Source of the DNA: the human T2T-CHM13v2.0 reference genome, Homo sapiens
Length of the DNA: 64,000 nucleotides
Strand: one strand, 5' to 3'
NCBI RefSeq assembly: GCF_009914755.1
Contig: NC_060928.1
Shown here: positions 13,801 through 27,157 of the stretch, piece after piece
Numbering within the stretch: position 1 is the first letter of the stretch
Layout: every line of letters begins with the position of its first letter
Made by a program: the position numbers and the translations under genes
The notes under the pieces: generated by a model
The model's input: only the letters and a program-made list of their open reading frames with translations
The model's database searches: none
What the model was told of the DNA's origin: nothing

Positions 13801-16249
13801 CTTTGCCTCTGCTAGGATCCTACATGATTCATGGATTCTGGAGCAATTTTTAATGTTAATTTATCAGTTTGGGCTTCCTATGTCAGAGCCTGCATGGCAC
13901 CGATCAGGGTTCTAAATTTTATGATTGATTACTTTTCTACACACAAGACCAGGTGGAAAGCAAGTTTCCTTGACACTGTCTTAGTAGGCAGAGATTTTCT
14001 AGTCTCTTTTCATGGATATATATTTGAATCTTGATTTTACTCAGGTAGCCCAGTTCTAGTTCCCCTTCCATAATGGGCATATGGCTTGGACTTCCCGCTC
14101 TATGTATGAGTTATAACCTCAGCTTCCAGTGGTTAAAGCTGTTTTTTAGTTTTTACACCCCTGTGAGCCATTATGTTTCAACTCCTGTTCTGGCTTTGAG
14201 ATCTCACTTTATTTCTGGAAGCTTCAATGTATTAGATATCTATTTAAGCTGATAATAGTTCAGAATTTATTGGTGTTTGAAATGGTAGAGTAGGTTTTTC
14301 TCTGTCAGTCCAGTTTGCCAGCCATATTGACTGAAAGTGTGTGAGTGAGTGTGTGTGTAGAGTTAAAACACCAGGAAGGTAGAAATAGAACCAGAGAATG
14401 GTTTTGATATAGAAGCCAAGAGAGGAAACAACTTCGAGGAGACTATGATCATCGGTTGCCATTAAGGGGAACAAAACAGAAAAATAAATGAGGACTAGAT
14501 GTGAACACAGGGTGAGTGACCCAGAGAGTGCCGGTTCATCTGGCCGCAGGAGGAAGAGGGAATGGTGGTGGGGAAATTGAAGCCATGGAGTCTATACCTC
14601 CTAGTTGAAAGTTTGATAGTGACATGAAGGAAAGAATTACAATGATCACTTCAGGGAACATTGGATGGTGTGGATTTGTCTTTCGGAGTAAGGGAGACTT
14701 CAAACTAGAGCCAATAATCCACTTCTCCATCTGGCTATCCTATCCTTCTAGCCTTATCACTCCTATTCTTCTAATCATCCATTTTTTGTTTTTTTGTTTT
14801 TGCTTCCTCTATAGAAAAGTAGTGTTTCTTTTTTATTTGATAAGTTCTTCCAGGCCAGGATGGCTTTCACAAAAACCTTCTTTTCTAGAATCTCCTTGAG
14901 CCTTATGGTTTGAATTTGGCCTCTTTAACCCGAGGTTCTGATTTTGAATCTGGGTCTTATCTTCTTGGTGAGGTAGATAAGGATGTGATCGATTGGGGTA
15001 AAGGCAAATTTAATCATATCAAAGCTAAGCAAGTGCCACAGTAAAATGAGACCATAAACAATAGGAGGAGTAGGGGTGAGGGGAGACGGGGAGTTGTAGT
15101 AGAGTAATAGATGGAAGTGAAGAAAGAGGGCGAGGAAGAGGTAAAGGGCAGGAAGAGGAGAGACAGAAGTGAGAGAGGAGAGGGTATGGCTATGGTTGAT
15201 TAATTGAGGAAGGCTGTTGCAGAACTCATTACACTTGAACTTCTGGGAGGCTACTGATAGTATAATGCCCCACATCTCAACAGATATGCTCAGTTTAAAG
15301 ATATCCTCTTCCCACTCCAACTTATTGTCAGTCATTCACCTTCACCTTTGATGTATCTAGTTGCTGTGCCCTTCAAGTGAATCTTCTCAAACTAAATGTA
15401 GCTGGTGTTTGGGGGAGTATAATGCTTGCAGGGTTCCCTCAGCCAGAAGAAATCCTCACTTCCAAATATAGGAATTGCCCTTAATTTTCTCTTTCTTGGA
15501 CTGAGAGCCCCTGGGTTTATATTTCCTCCCTGATATTGCTCCTTGGTAGTTTCACCCTTGAGATTTTATTGGGTAATCCTCCCCCAAGACTCTTACAATT
15601 GACTCAATTTCAAACATTTTAGTAGAGTTGTAATGCCCTCCAAGTGCAAATTGAGTTGAGTGAGCAGAATGAATGTTGATGTGGTTATTGAGGGAAGTGG
15701 CTATAGGAGTGGGGGTGGGACAAGGTCTCTGAGCTGAGAACAGCCTTTACGACCAGGTCCTTGAGCAGAAATAGTGGTAGAAGCCCAGTTGGTGGTGAAA
15801 ATCCTTAGTTACAGCTGAGCTGCAGAAAATGGAGACCAGCAAAACAACTGAGCAGCCCTCCTAAGCAGCTGGTCTCACAGACAGCCTATTCAACGTTAAA
15901 ACAAGAAAGAATAAAGCTGAACGCTGTGGAGAACAACCTCAGTAAAGCTTTTCAGTAATTGAAGTTGGATGGAAGCACTAGAATCACTCTGAAAATCTCC
16001 CAAAATTACTTAACTGCTTGGCTGAAACCAACAAATAGAAAGCTTGAGAGAGGGGACTCCACCTCTCTGTCTACTCATGCTGGTAGACTTTAAAAGGCAG
16101 ACTCAAAAGAAACTGAGGGGCCAGAATAGTAGGGTAGATAGAACTGAGCCAGTGTCCCTACTGCCCAACTTTAGCCTTTGTTTGGGTTGGGCTTCTACTG
16201 TAGAGCCCTGCCAAAGAAGAGATGTCCTTGTTGAAATCACCACTTGCTG

Positions 16250-16553
16250 CTTCAGACCTTGCTAGGAGTTGCTTCCTTCAGGAAGCCTTCTTTGTCCCCT
16301 ACATGCACCCCTTCCCCAATCCCACCATACGTGGGTTGGGTTATAGCTATCCCCTATGTTCCCATGCATCCTGTGCATACCTCTGTTAAGGCACAAATCA
16401 CTTTGTGCTGTGATTGGTTGTTCTGCTGTCAATCTTTGCCAATTAACCATAAGCTCCTTTGTGAGGAGGTATATCTTAGCTGTCCATATACTCTAGCATC
16501 TATCCCATGGTCGAGCATGTAATAGTGCCCAATGTGTTTGGAACTGAATTGAC
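16250..16553 (+). mobile_element. L2 3' end
   Basis: ccttcaggaagccttc...taagctcctttg...aatgtgtttggaactgaattga. Confidence 0.65.
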
Positions 16554-16573
16554 ATTAGAAACCTATTGAGATG

Positions 16574-16775
16574 GTGCTTTGGGAGGCTGAGATGGGAGGA
16601 TCACTTTAGGTCAGGAATTTGAGATCAGCCTGGGCAACATAGCAAGACCCTGTCTCTACAAAGAACAAAAAAACTAGTTGGGCATGGTGGTGCACACTTG
16701 TAGTCTCAGCTACTCTTGAGGCTGAGGTGGGAGGATTTCTTGAGCCCAGGAGCTTGAGACTGCAGTGAGCTATGA
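16574..16775 (+). mobile_element. Internal AluJ fragment lacking head and tail
   Basis: ctttgggaggctgag...gcagtgagctatga, with no 5' GGCCGG and no A-tail. Confidence 0.85.
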
Positions 16776-17385
16776 GATGTTTACATGGTTTATTCTGGTA
16801 TTATTGTAATTAGTTGCCACAAAAGCCCCTAAAGGTGGGAACTGGTTGTGCATGTGTGGATCACTGTGTGTATTCTAATGGTGCTTAACACATTGTCTAT
16901 TACTGCCTTAATGAGCATCTGGGCTCACTAGAACCCACAAGCTAAGCAGGTGTTAATATTTCCAAAGCTAACCAAAACCCCTGGCACAGCAATGAGGTGC
17001 AAGCTCTCCTTGTATCTGCCTCCTTGCACCTGGGCTGCAAGTGACTTGAACTCAGTTAGACTGGAGCTCTTCAGTAAGGGTTTCTCATTTGGGGTTTTCC
17101 CCGAATAGCTCCACTTTGGGAATCTAGGTATTGTAAAAATAGAACACCGGGGGGATTTGAATTTACCATTACACAAAGAGTTCTTGGGGAGTTTTTTGTT
17201 TTTGTTTTTGTTTTTTCCCTTGCCAAAATGTTCTTTCCCTCAGAAGATCCACAAGGTGAGGATTCTTAGCAGAGGTGAGCAGTCATGGGGATCACGGGCT
17301 CCATAGTCTCACACAGCCCCCGGTACTGGGCAGGCACAACCCACACAAGAAACACTTGCCATTCTCTCTGGCCACCAACCGTCCA

Positions 17386-17404
17386 TCTTCTTTCTCTTTC
17401 TTTC

Positions 17405-17470
<66 letters not shown>

Positions 17471-17562
17471 TTCCTTCCTTCCTTCCTTCCTTCCTTCTTT
17501 CCTTCCTTCCTTCCTTCCTTCCTTCCTTCCTTCCTTCTTTCCTTTTCTTTTCTTTTTTCTTC
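17386..17562. repeat. Compound (TTTC)n(TTCC)n microsatellite, 177-nt pure pyrimidine tract
   Basis: Directly visible; lies at the tail position of the adjacent Alu monomer. Confidence 0.95.
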
Positions 17563-17569
17563 ATCTTTC

Positions 17570-17684
17570 TGAAAGGGTCTCACTCTGTCACCCAGCCTGG
17601 TCTCGAACTCATGGGTTTAAGCAATCCTCCTGCCTCAGCCTCCCGAGTCACTGGGATTACAGGTGTGAGCCACTGTGTCCGGCT
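17570..17684 (-). mobile_element. Alu monomer (FLAM-like)
   Basis: gggtctcactctgtcacccagcctggtctcgaactc...gtgagccactgtgtccggc. Confidence 0.85.
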
Positions 17685-18108
17685 ACACCCTTCTTTCTTG
17701 ATTATTTTAATCCACTGGGGGAAAAAAAGTGAGTCTGGGTGAGAAGAGGTCACATGTGAAGCTTATCAGCAGCTAACACCTTATACTTATAAGTTAGTGC
17801 TCAGCTAGGATGAGTTAATGATCTGGAAGGAGGCTGCCCAGGGATGGGCAGGGTGACAAGTGGAAACTGCAGAGAGATGGGAAGTGCCAAAGATATACCA
17901 CCTCTGCTTTAATGATTATGTGATTTTATGACTGCTCAAAATCACTTCATAATATTTTGGTATGTGTGCCCCAGGCTGCCAACTTCTTCCCTTGAGGGTT
18001 GGAGAGCAGGGCCGCCTCAGTTCTCTGAGGATTCCTTCTCTTTGCAGAGACAAGGAACTGGCACTACAAACAAACAAATAAATAAATGAAATAAGCCAGG
18101 ACAGATGG

Positions 18109-18697
<589 letters not shown>

Positions 18698-19759
18698 AAA
18701 TGAGGGCTAAGAACCTTCCTTCCCTTCTCCCTTCACTCCAAGTCAGGGTGGCAGGTGTGACCAAAAGAATTCTTCTGGGCACAGAAATTCAACTCCTGAG
18801 GCTTCTTCTGATATGACTTGAGGTGCAGACAGTCTGGAATGAAGGATTGGGTTCCACGTGCAGAGCCTCACTCCTTCCTGGGAGAGGACTGATTGGGATG
18901 CCACGTAGGAACCCCAGGTTTCAGGGGCCCACTGACTGCCCTCCAGGGAGGGAAGAGACTGAGTCCCAGGTACCAAAAATCCTGCAAGACAGGCCCTGAC
19001 AGAAGTCAGAAATCAATGGGCCGAATATGCCTGTCATCACTTCATCTCACACTGATGTCACACCCAAGTCTTTCAGCTGCAAAGACGTGCCTTGGTGCAC
19101 TCCACTTTAAGCAAAGTCAATTCCACCTATAAAAATCTATATTTACCAAAAATACCATAGTGAGTGATTATTTTATCCTGTTGGCAACAAGACGATCATA
19201 GGCTTTCTTTAATTATTAAGCTCCCCTCATGCATTTAAAATAGGATTCCATTTGGAAGGTGAAAAAAAGAAGGATTGGCCAGGGGCTTGCAAAAGCAAGT
19301 TATTCCTGTATGAGGGATGGGCCACTGGCAGATATCTTCAGGGAGCAGGGACAACAGGTGTGCATGTGGCAGGTTTGGTGGGTGTGCGAAGAGTGGCTGC
19401 ACAGCAGCAAGTCACTTCCCCAGGAGGTTTGCTGAGCCAGTCTCATTACGTTCTAGGCACACTGCAAGCCAGTGAGGTCAGGCTGCTGTCTGCTTCCATT
19501 TGCTATGTCCCCCCTCCCCTGGCTGTGGTGGGAAGAAGTCAGAGAGATGGTGACGATGACATGGAGAGCGGTGAGGGAGAGGGAGCTCCTGTGGTGGAGA
19601 GGAGTAATTTGCTCTGGCCAAGGAGTGCCTTGGACAGATGGATGGGAGCAGCCGGTGGAAGCCTTTGCAGAGACTGCTCATGAAACAGCCATTCAGCTGG
19701 CATTTGGTGATGGTCTGCTAGTGCAGGGTGCTAAGCTGGTTAGTAGTAGAAAAATAATG

Positions 19760-19900
19760 AGGCCGGGCATGATGGCTCCTGCCTGTAATCCCAGCACTTT
19801 GGGAGGTTGCAGCAGAAGCATCGACTGAGCCCAGGAGTTCAAGACCAGCCTGGGCACCATGGTGAAAACATTTCTATTTTAAAAAGAAAGAAAGAAAAAT
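19760..19900 (+). mobile_element. Alu left monomer (FLAM-like)
   Basis: ggccgggcatgatggctc...gaccagcctgggcaccatgg; TSD-like agaaaaataatga on both sides. Confidence 0.85.
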
Positions 19901-20053
19901 AATGAAAAGAGTAACAATAGTCGTAACAACAGACAAAATCTTATCTTCTTATCTTCCAGGTAATGAGTTGAATTGTGTCCCCAAAAATAAGATTTGTTGA
20001 AGTCTTAAGCTTCAGTACCTCAAAATGTGACCTTATTTAAAAATAGGGTTGTT

Positions 20054-20905
20054 ATTAAAAAGTGAACATGAAAAGAGATTTCTCAAAAGAAGACATTCAT
20101 GCAGTCAACGAACATATGAAAAAAACCTCAACATCACTGATCATTAGAGAAATGCAAATCAAAACCACAATGAGATACCATCTCACACCAATCAGAATGG
20201 CTATTATTAAAAAGTCAAGAAACAGATGCTGGGGAGGTTGTGGAGAAAAAGGAATGCTTTTACACTGTTGGTAGGAGTGTAAATTAGTTCAACCATTGTG
20301 GAAGACAGTGTGGCGATCCCTCAAAGATCTAGAAGCAGAAATACCATTTAACCCAGCAATTCCATTACTGAGTAAATAATACCCAAAGGGATATAAATCA
20401 TTCTATTATAAAGATACATGCACACATATGTTCATTGCAGCACTATTCACAATAGCAAAGACACAGAAGCAACCCAAATGCCCATAATTGACAGATTGAA
20501 TAAAGAAAATGTGGTAATAGAAACCATGGAATACTATGAAGCCATAAAAAGGAAGGAGATCATGTCCTTTGCAGGGACATGGATAAAGCTGGAAGCTGTT
20601 ATCCTCAGCAAACTAACACAGGAACAGAAAACCAAACACTGAATGTTGTCACTTATTAAGTGGGAGCTGAATGATGAGAACACATGAACACATGGGGGGA
20701 ACAACACACACTGGGGCCTTTCTGGGAGGTGGGAGGAGGGAGGGCATCAGGAAGATAGCTCATGGATGTTGGGCTTAATACATGGGTGATGAGCTGATCT
20801 GTGCAGCAAACCACCATAGCACACGTTTACCTACGTAACAAACCTGCACATCCTGCACATGTACCCCAGAACTTTAAATAAAAGTTGAAGAAAAAAAAAG
20901 AAAAA
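20054..20905 (+). mobile_element. L1PA11/12-like, 5'-truncated
   Basis: ORF2 C-terminus ([15 protein letters not shown]), L1PA 3'UTR, aataaa and A-tail at about 20877-20905. Confidence 0.92.
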
Positions 20906-21731
20906 TATATCTATATGTTTTTTAGAGAATATTTAGTTTCAAACCAGATAATTTTGTACAAGTCGTATGTAAGGGTCATATCCAATACACGCAAAAAAGA
21001 AAACATACAGATTGAATTATGCCCCAAACATTGATATAGTCTCATATTGCCCACTATGCTGTGCTAATATAGACCAAAAATAGGACAGAGAACATCTGGC
21101 TTACTAAGCAGCTCTGTTAGTCAAGGCTTTACAGAAAAACAGAACCAATAGAATATATATATATATATATATATGTATATATGTACATATTCTTTAAAAA
21201 AGAAGAAAATCTGAAGATATTTCCCAAATGAATTTAGAGTGTATTCAAGCAACCATTAAGTGACTTATCATTTCAGATGACGGGTGAATTCGTGACCTAG
21301 AATTTGTGTGAACATTCAGCTATACCTCAAGAAGTCCTAGATTAAAGCTGCTGGTGCAGTTGTCCCTGAGTAATCTTGAGGCTGTGGCCTGGGATGCACT
21401 TCCCATGTCACCTGGCCATATGGCACAGGAGAGACAGCTCTTGCCTGCAATAAAGCCCTAAGGGCAAAAGATGACATCTGTAGCACTTCAGCTTGAAAAA
21501 TATGAGCACATAGAAATATGCATAACCATTTGCTTTTTTTCTTTTAAAGTGAATATGGTATAGTCTAGTAATTGGTTTATATGTTATTTTTTCCTAGTGC
21601 CATTCACTTAAATGATTTTTTATATTATAAAATATTTCTTCAAAATATTTATTGAAGAAAATGTGTTTATTGAGGGAAATCCATGTTTATTCAGAAAAAA
21701 AATAGAGATAAGCAAAAAAAAAAAAAGAAAG
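20906..21731 (+). other. Putative L1 3'-transduced segment with second A-tail
   Basis: Non-L1 sequence between the L1 tail and a second A-tract (21714-21731), all inside TSD aaaata(g/a)ggttgtt at 20040-20053 and 21732-21745. Confidence 0.8.
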
Positions 21732-22124
21732 AAAATAAGGTTGTTGCAGATGGAATTAGTTCAGATGAGGTCATGCTGGAGTGGGAAAGGGGAGCCCTAA
21801 TCTGATATGACTGGCATCCTCATAAGAAGACACATGAAGACAGAGGCACGGGGGGAACACTGTGTGATGACAGAGGCCAAGATGAGGGTGCTGCAGCCAC
21901 AGCCCGGGAGCACCAAGGACTGGCAGCCACCACCAGAAACTAGGAGAGAGGCCCAGAACAGACCCCCCCCTCCCGGGCCTCAGAAGGAACCAACCCTCAT
22001 GACACCTTGACTTTGAACTTCAAGTTTCAACTATGAGACAACACATTTCTGTAGTCTAAGCCACCTAGTTTGTGGTGCTTTGTTATGGCAGCTGTAGTCA
22101 ACTAATACACACCAGAATAATCAT

Positions 22125-22350
22125 CGCCACCCACTGAGCTAGTACTGTGTGGTTTACACACATTCTATCACTTATTCTTCAGCACAGCCCTATGAGAAAG
22201 GAACTATTATTATCCCCACATCACAGTCTGGGAAAGGGAAGCTTGGAGAGGCCTGAGGTTGCCTGAGGTTGAGTTGAGGAAAGGGAAGCTTGGCAAGGCC
22301 TGAGGGCTCAACTCCAGTGATGTCTAAGATCAAGCCTGTGCAAGCCACAG
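22125..22350 (-). mobile_element. MIR with a small internal duplication
   Basis: cacagccctatgagaaaggaactattattatccccac; ggaaagggaagcttgg occurs twice, 48 bp apart. Confidence 0.65.
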
Positions 22351-22477
22351 AGACAGCAATGCCAGGCCAAGGTCTCAATAAGTGCCCTGCAGAAGTCACT
22401 AAAACCTAGGAGGTTTTAACTCTTAAAAGAGGACTAAAGGGAGAGGGCGATCTATAATTTTAAAAAAAAGGTGGAGG

Positions 22478-22790
22478 GGGGCAAGTACGATGGCTCACGC
22501 CTGTAATCCCAGCACTTTGGGAGATCAAGGTGGGAGGATTGCTGGAGGTCAGGAGTTCAAGACTACCGTGGGCAACATAGGAAGACCCCCATCTCTACAA
22601 AAAATTTTTTAAACTTAGCTAGATGTGGTGGTGCACACCTGTAGTCCCAGCTGCTTGAGAGACTGAGGCAGAAAGATTGCTTGAGCCCAGGAGTTCCAGG
22701 CTACAGTGAGCAAGGATTCCACCACTGCACTCCAGCCTGGGTGACAGAATGAGACTCTGCCGGAAAACAACAACAACAAAGAAAAAGAAA
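22478..22790 (+). mobile_element. AluJ
   Basis: Full diverged Alu with (AAC)n tail. Confidence 0.9.
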
Positions 22791-25298
22791 CACAAAACAC
22801 TTTAGGTAGAAACTTAGACAACAAAGAGAGAAATATTTTGGGACAATAACCTACTTCATTCAGGTGTTAGGTCGGCCCTACTCAGCACTCAGAGGGAAAA
22901 AAGTTTAAATGGGTAAAGTCCTGGTATGAGTCAGGATAGCCTAGGCTCTGCTGAGGCAGCAAATGAACCTTGAAATCCAGTCTCTGGAAGTCTCCACCTC
23001 ATTCATTCACTAGGTAAAGTACGTGGAGTGTCAAATGCAGGTAGCGACTGAAAAGAAGGTCAATGAGAGCAAATTATTTTGGGGAGATTTAGATTTGTGA
23101 CTGTTTAGTTACAATGTTGCTAAGAGAAAAAAAAACCTATGCTAGCGGCTAAACTACGGTTAAGTTTGTCACAGATTCCGTGTGTCAGGGATAAATATGA
23201 TACCCATTTAAAACTTTTGTTTTATGTTGTTCACTTTTGAAATATTCAAATCTTTTATCCCGAATAAGTAATCATTACATCAACAAAATATTTATCCTGA
23301 ATGTGGTAGATGCTTACTTAGTGTCTGCCCAATGACTAAATGAAATGCATGTTAGGAGTTTATAGTATGAAGTGAAATATAGGTAAACTAATCACAGAAG
23401 AAACAGGCCAAAAAACATCCTTGGAAGGCTTTTCTCCCCTGAAGTTTGAGTTTTCATGGGCCAGTAAAATTGAAAAAAAAAAAAAAAAGATGAACAAGTT
23501 AGCCAGTAAGGACATTAAAAACAACAGCAACAATTATCACCTATCAACCATCACCTATCAATAAAGTGAATCAAAACATCAGGCTTAACCTGCAATTAGA
23601 ATAAGAACAGTCTTTAAATTCATTTAGCTTTGTGAAAATCTCACTACACTGTCCTTATTTTTCTCATTCTGTCAAAGCAAAATGCACTAATCAGGCTAAC
23701 TGTCCCCCCTCCACGCATCTCCCTTTAGAACTGTGATAAACAGAGCCCCAGGACAGTAGGATCCGGACTCAGCTATGCAAGCAGGACTGAGGAGAGTTGC
23801 TGCCCGGCTTGTTGGGGGGCGGCTTGCTTTCAGGGACAGTGCCCTGCCTGGTTCCTGGCTGTCTCCCAGCCTACCCACGACCCTCTCCCTCTGAGCGGGG
23901 CGGTGGCATTAGCTGTCTCATGGGGCAGCCCAGGGCCCTGGCTTCTGGACTCCTGCCCTTGCTCTCCCCAGAGAACAGTTCTCACAGGGATTAGCCTGAG
24001 GCCCAGTCGCCCGGTCTCTCACGGGGAAGCGCACATTTCCTTTCCTGGCTCTCTGCACCTACCTGGGAAGGCGGCCCGCCTTGCTGCTACCTGCCAGTCT
24101 GCTGGCCCGCCTGGTCCTGTGGCTCTCCGTGGAGCTTTCTGGAGCAAAGAGGCTGAAGAATACAGCGGCACAGGGCCAGAAGCTGGCTTCTAGGGGCTGG
24201 GCCATGTCTCTCGGATCTTGGTCCTCTCCTCTCAGCTTGTTCTTGTGGCTTCAGCTGCCTTCAGCCTCCCGTGGAGCCGTGGGAAGGGGGTGCTGCCTGC
24301 TGACAATGGAATTTCAGGGCCTTGGGGACACGCAGGCTCCAGGCAGGAGCTCCCTTGGGTTGGGAGATGCGCCCCCCAGTACTGGTCATAAGAAAGAGAA
24401 GCAAAGATGAGTACAACTGACATGTATAAGAATTTTCACCTTTATCGGCACACAGGGATGACATTCAAAGGGACCTGGGAGGCAGCAGACACTTTTTAAT
24501 TAGTTTGATGACATGGCCATTTGGACAGCCGGGAAGACAGGTCGATGTAATCATTAATACATCTTATTGCTTTACAAGGCAATAAACTAAGGAAACGGGA
24601 TCCAGTTTGCGGTTTTCTCCTTTTACCTGGGCTCCTGTTTGTGTATGTGTGTGTGTTTATCCAAGTTTAAACTTTCAGGGTTATATAACCATTCCCCTTG
24701 GCTTACAATCAAACTTCCAGATTAGCTGGAGGTGCCCTGCGCAAGTTAGGAGTTGGTGTGGGGGTGAGCCACGTGACCGAGCCTGGCTTCCTGGTTGGGG
24801 CTGCTCTCTAAGCAGAGGTGTTTGCTTGCAGCTCCGGGAAGAGCGTTGTCTGGAGATCTGGTACCCATTCTTCAGGCTTTGGGGACAATGCCCTGAGCAT
24901 CTCCTGTTCTCAAAACTGTAGCTATATAAAATTAGAAATCCTATCAAGCTTTGTTCCTTGTAAAGAATGTCCAGTGCATTGAGATGTCTATACTGGCAGG
25001 AACCACTTGAAAGGAAGTCAAAATTTCCAGTTATTCAAGTTCTTATCAAAGTGGTACTCACTGGGTTGAAACAATGTGATTCTTGGAAGGACTGTCTTAT
25101 GAGGCTCAGATTCCAAATGTTTCCTTTCTTCTCTTGCTTGCCTCCTTCTTTTAACTGAGTTACTATCTCCTAGATGCTGATTACAGTGAAAATTATGTCT
25201 CTCTCTGTAGGATTTGTCAATGTGGTGAGAAACAGATTATGAGTGGGGCTGAACATTTCAAACTTCTTCTGGTAGAACACCCATCACCCAATCATCTG

Positions 25299-25647
25299 TG
25301 TGATGATTAATTTTATACATCAACTTGGCTGGGCCACAGTGACATGAAACCTTCTGGGTGTTTCTATAAGGGTGACTTTGGATAATACTAACATTTAAAT
25401 CAGTAGACTTTGAGTGAAGCAGAGTACTCTCCATATCACAGGTGGGCCTCATCCCATCAGCTGAAGGCCTTACAGGAACAAAGATTGACCTCCCAGTATA
25501 AGAAGTAATCTGCCAGCAGGCTGCCTTTGGACTCCAACTGCAACTCTTCCCTGGGTTTCCAGCCTGCCAGCCTACCCTGCAGACTTTGGACTTGCACCTC
25601 CACAACCATGTGAGCCAACTCCTTAAAATCTCTCTCTCTTTTTCTAT

Positions 25648-25691
<44 letters not shown>

Positions 25692-26079
25692 AGTTGCCCT
25701 TCAATATCCATGAGTGATTAGTTTTAGGACCCCCACAGATACCAACCATGAATGCTGAAGTCCCTGATATAAAATGATGTATTATCGGCATATATCTTAC
25801 ACACATCCTTCCATGTACTTTAAATCATCTCTAGATTACTTATAATACCTCATACAACATAAATGCTATGTAAATAGTTGTTATACTATACTGTTTAGGG
25901 AATAATGACATAACAAGAAAAAAGTCTGTATGTGTTCAGTTAGATGCTTTTCTTAAAAAATATTTTTTAGCCCCAGTTGGTTGAATCCACAGATGTGGAG
26001 GTTCCAGATGCGGAGGACCCAGTGTAAATATATGCACATCCTGTTGGTGCTGTTTCTCTGGAGAAGCCTGACTAATACA
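25299..26079 (+). mobile_element. MLT2 (ERVL) LTR interrupted by MER2
   Basis: tgtgatgattaattttatacatcaacttggctgggccac ... tctctggagaagcctgactaataca; (CA)n at 25650-25690. Confidence 0.88.
25691..26024 (+). mobile_element. MER2 (Tigger family)
   Basis: gtccctgatataaaatg...tactttaaatcatctctagattacttataatacct...ttggttgaatccacagatg. Confidence 0.88.
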
Positions 26080-26190
26080 AACAGTATATGGATTGTTGGT
26101 AGAACCTCATGTCTCCCCTAAAACCCAGATCAACTTGTCCCTTTCTGCCTCTCATAGGCCTCCAGAGTTTAAGATGAGGATTAGTGGCTC

Positions 26191-26498
26191 AGGTGAGCGC
26201 AGTGGCTCACGCCTGTAATCCCAGCACTTTGGGAGGCCAAGGTGGGCAGAGCACTTGAGCCCAGGAGTTCGAGACCAGCCTGGGTAGCATGGCGAAACCC
26301 CATCTCTGCAAAAAATACAAAAATTTGCTGAGTGTGGTGGCACACACCTGTAGTCCCAGCTACCAGGGAGGCTGAGGCGAGGATCACTTGAGCCTGGGAG
26401 GCAGAGGCTGTAGTGAACCATGATTGTGCCACTGCACTGCAGCCTGGGTGACAGAGTGAGACTCTGTCTCAAAACAAAAGAAAGAAAAGAAAAAGAAA
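26191..26498 (+). mobile_element. Alu (J/S)
   Basis: Full Alu with (GAAAA)n tail. Confidence 0.9.
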
Positions 26499-27157
26499 TG
26501 GGTTAGTGCCTCCCAAGTCTTAGATCCCTAGTGAAAGGCCTATAAAAATGCAAAGCCCCAACCCAGCCAGAACTCCTCCCCACACAGAAATAACAAGCTG
26601 GAGTCTTGAGGACCTCCCAGACCTGATTTCCTGCTCTGCGGCCCTCTGGAGGGGGCCTAAAAGGGAGGCATATACCCCAGCAGCTAAGGGAAGGCAAACA
26701 TTGAGTCCAAGCAAAGGATCTCAGTCCTTTGCACTATGTATGGTGCAGAGAAGGCCTTCCAGTCACTGTGCTGCACCACTTGAGTGTGCCACTCTGTAAA
26801 CTCAGCAAAGGCATGAGTCACTTTGAGTTCCAAAGGTCCCCCCATCCCCCAATTCTTTCCTTCTCAGTTTGGTTTGCTATTTCAGTGGGAGGTTCAGAGG
26901 ATAAGCTGGAAAGACAGCAAGCAGCACAGGAGAGTGACAGGATGGCCTGTGACTAATAGAGACCAGGTTATTGTCCCCTGACCTTTTATTTTTCACAAGA
27001 GACTAACATTGCTTTTTTTTTTATCATAAAAATGATGTATTACTTATTGGAAAAAAATTCCAATACTGAAAGTATTAAAAAGAAAGCCGAACTCTACCAC
27101 TCTGAGATAACCACTGTTCCAATTTGGTGAATATTTTTCCAGATATCTGTGTAGGTA

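Larger units (their letters stand above)
19959..22109 (+). mobile_element. MLT1B-like LTR split at 20053/21746
   Basis: 5' gagttgaattgtgtcccc...aaaatgtgaccttattt; resumes gcagatggaattagttcagatgagg and ends aactaataca. Confidence 0.88.

Noticed and set aside
17266-17742. Lys/Glu/Arg-rich and Phe/Leu/Ser-rich ORFs
   Set aside because: Stop-free frames through the (TTTC)n(TTCC)n microsatellite.
26538-26820. TATA box (cctataaaa) plus AP-1 TGAGTCA as a promoter
   Set aside because: Short motifs that are common by chance; no CpG island or downstream gene structure.
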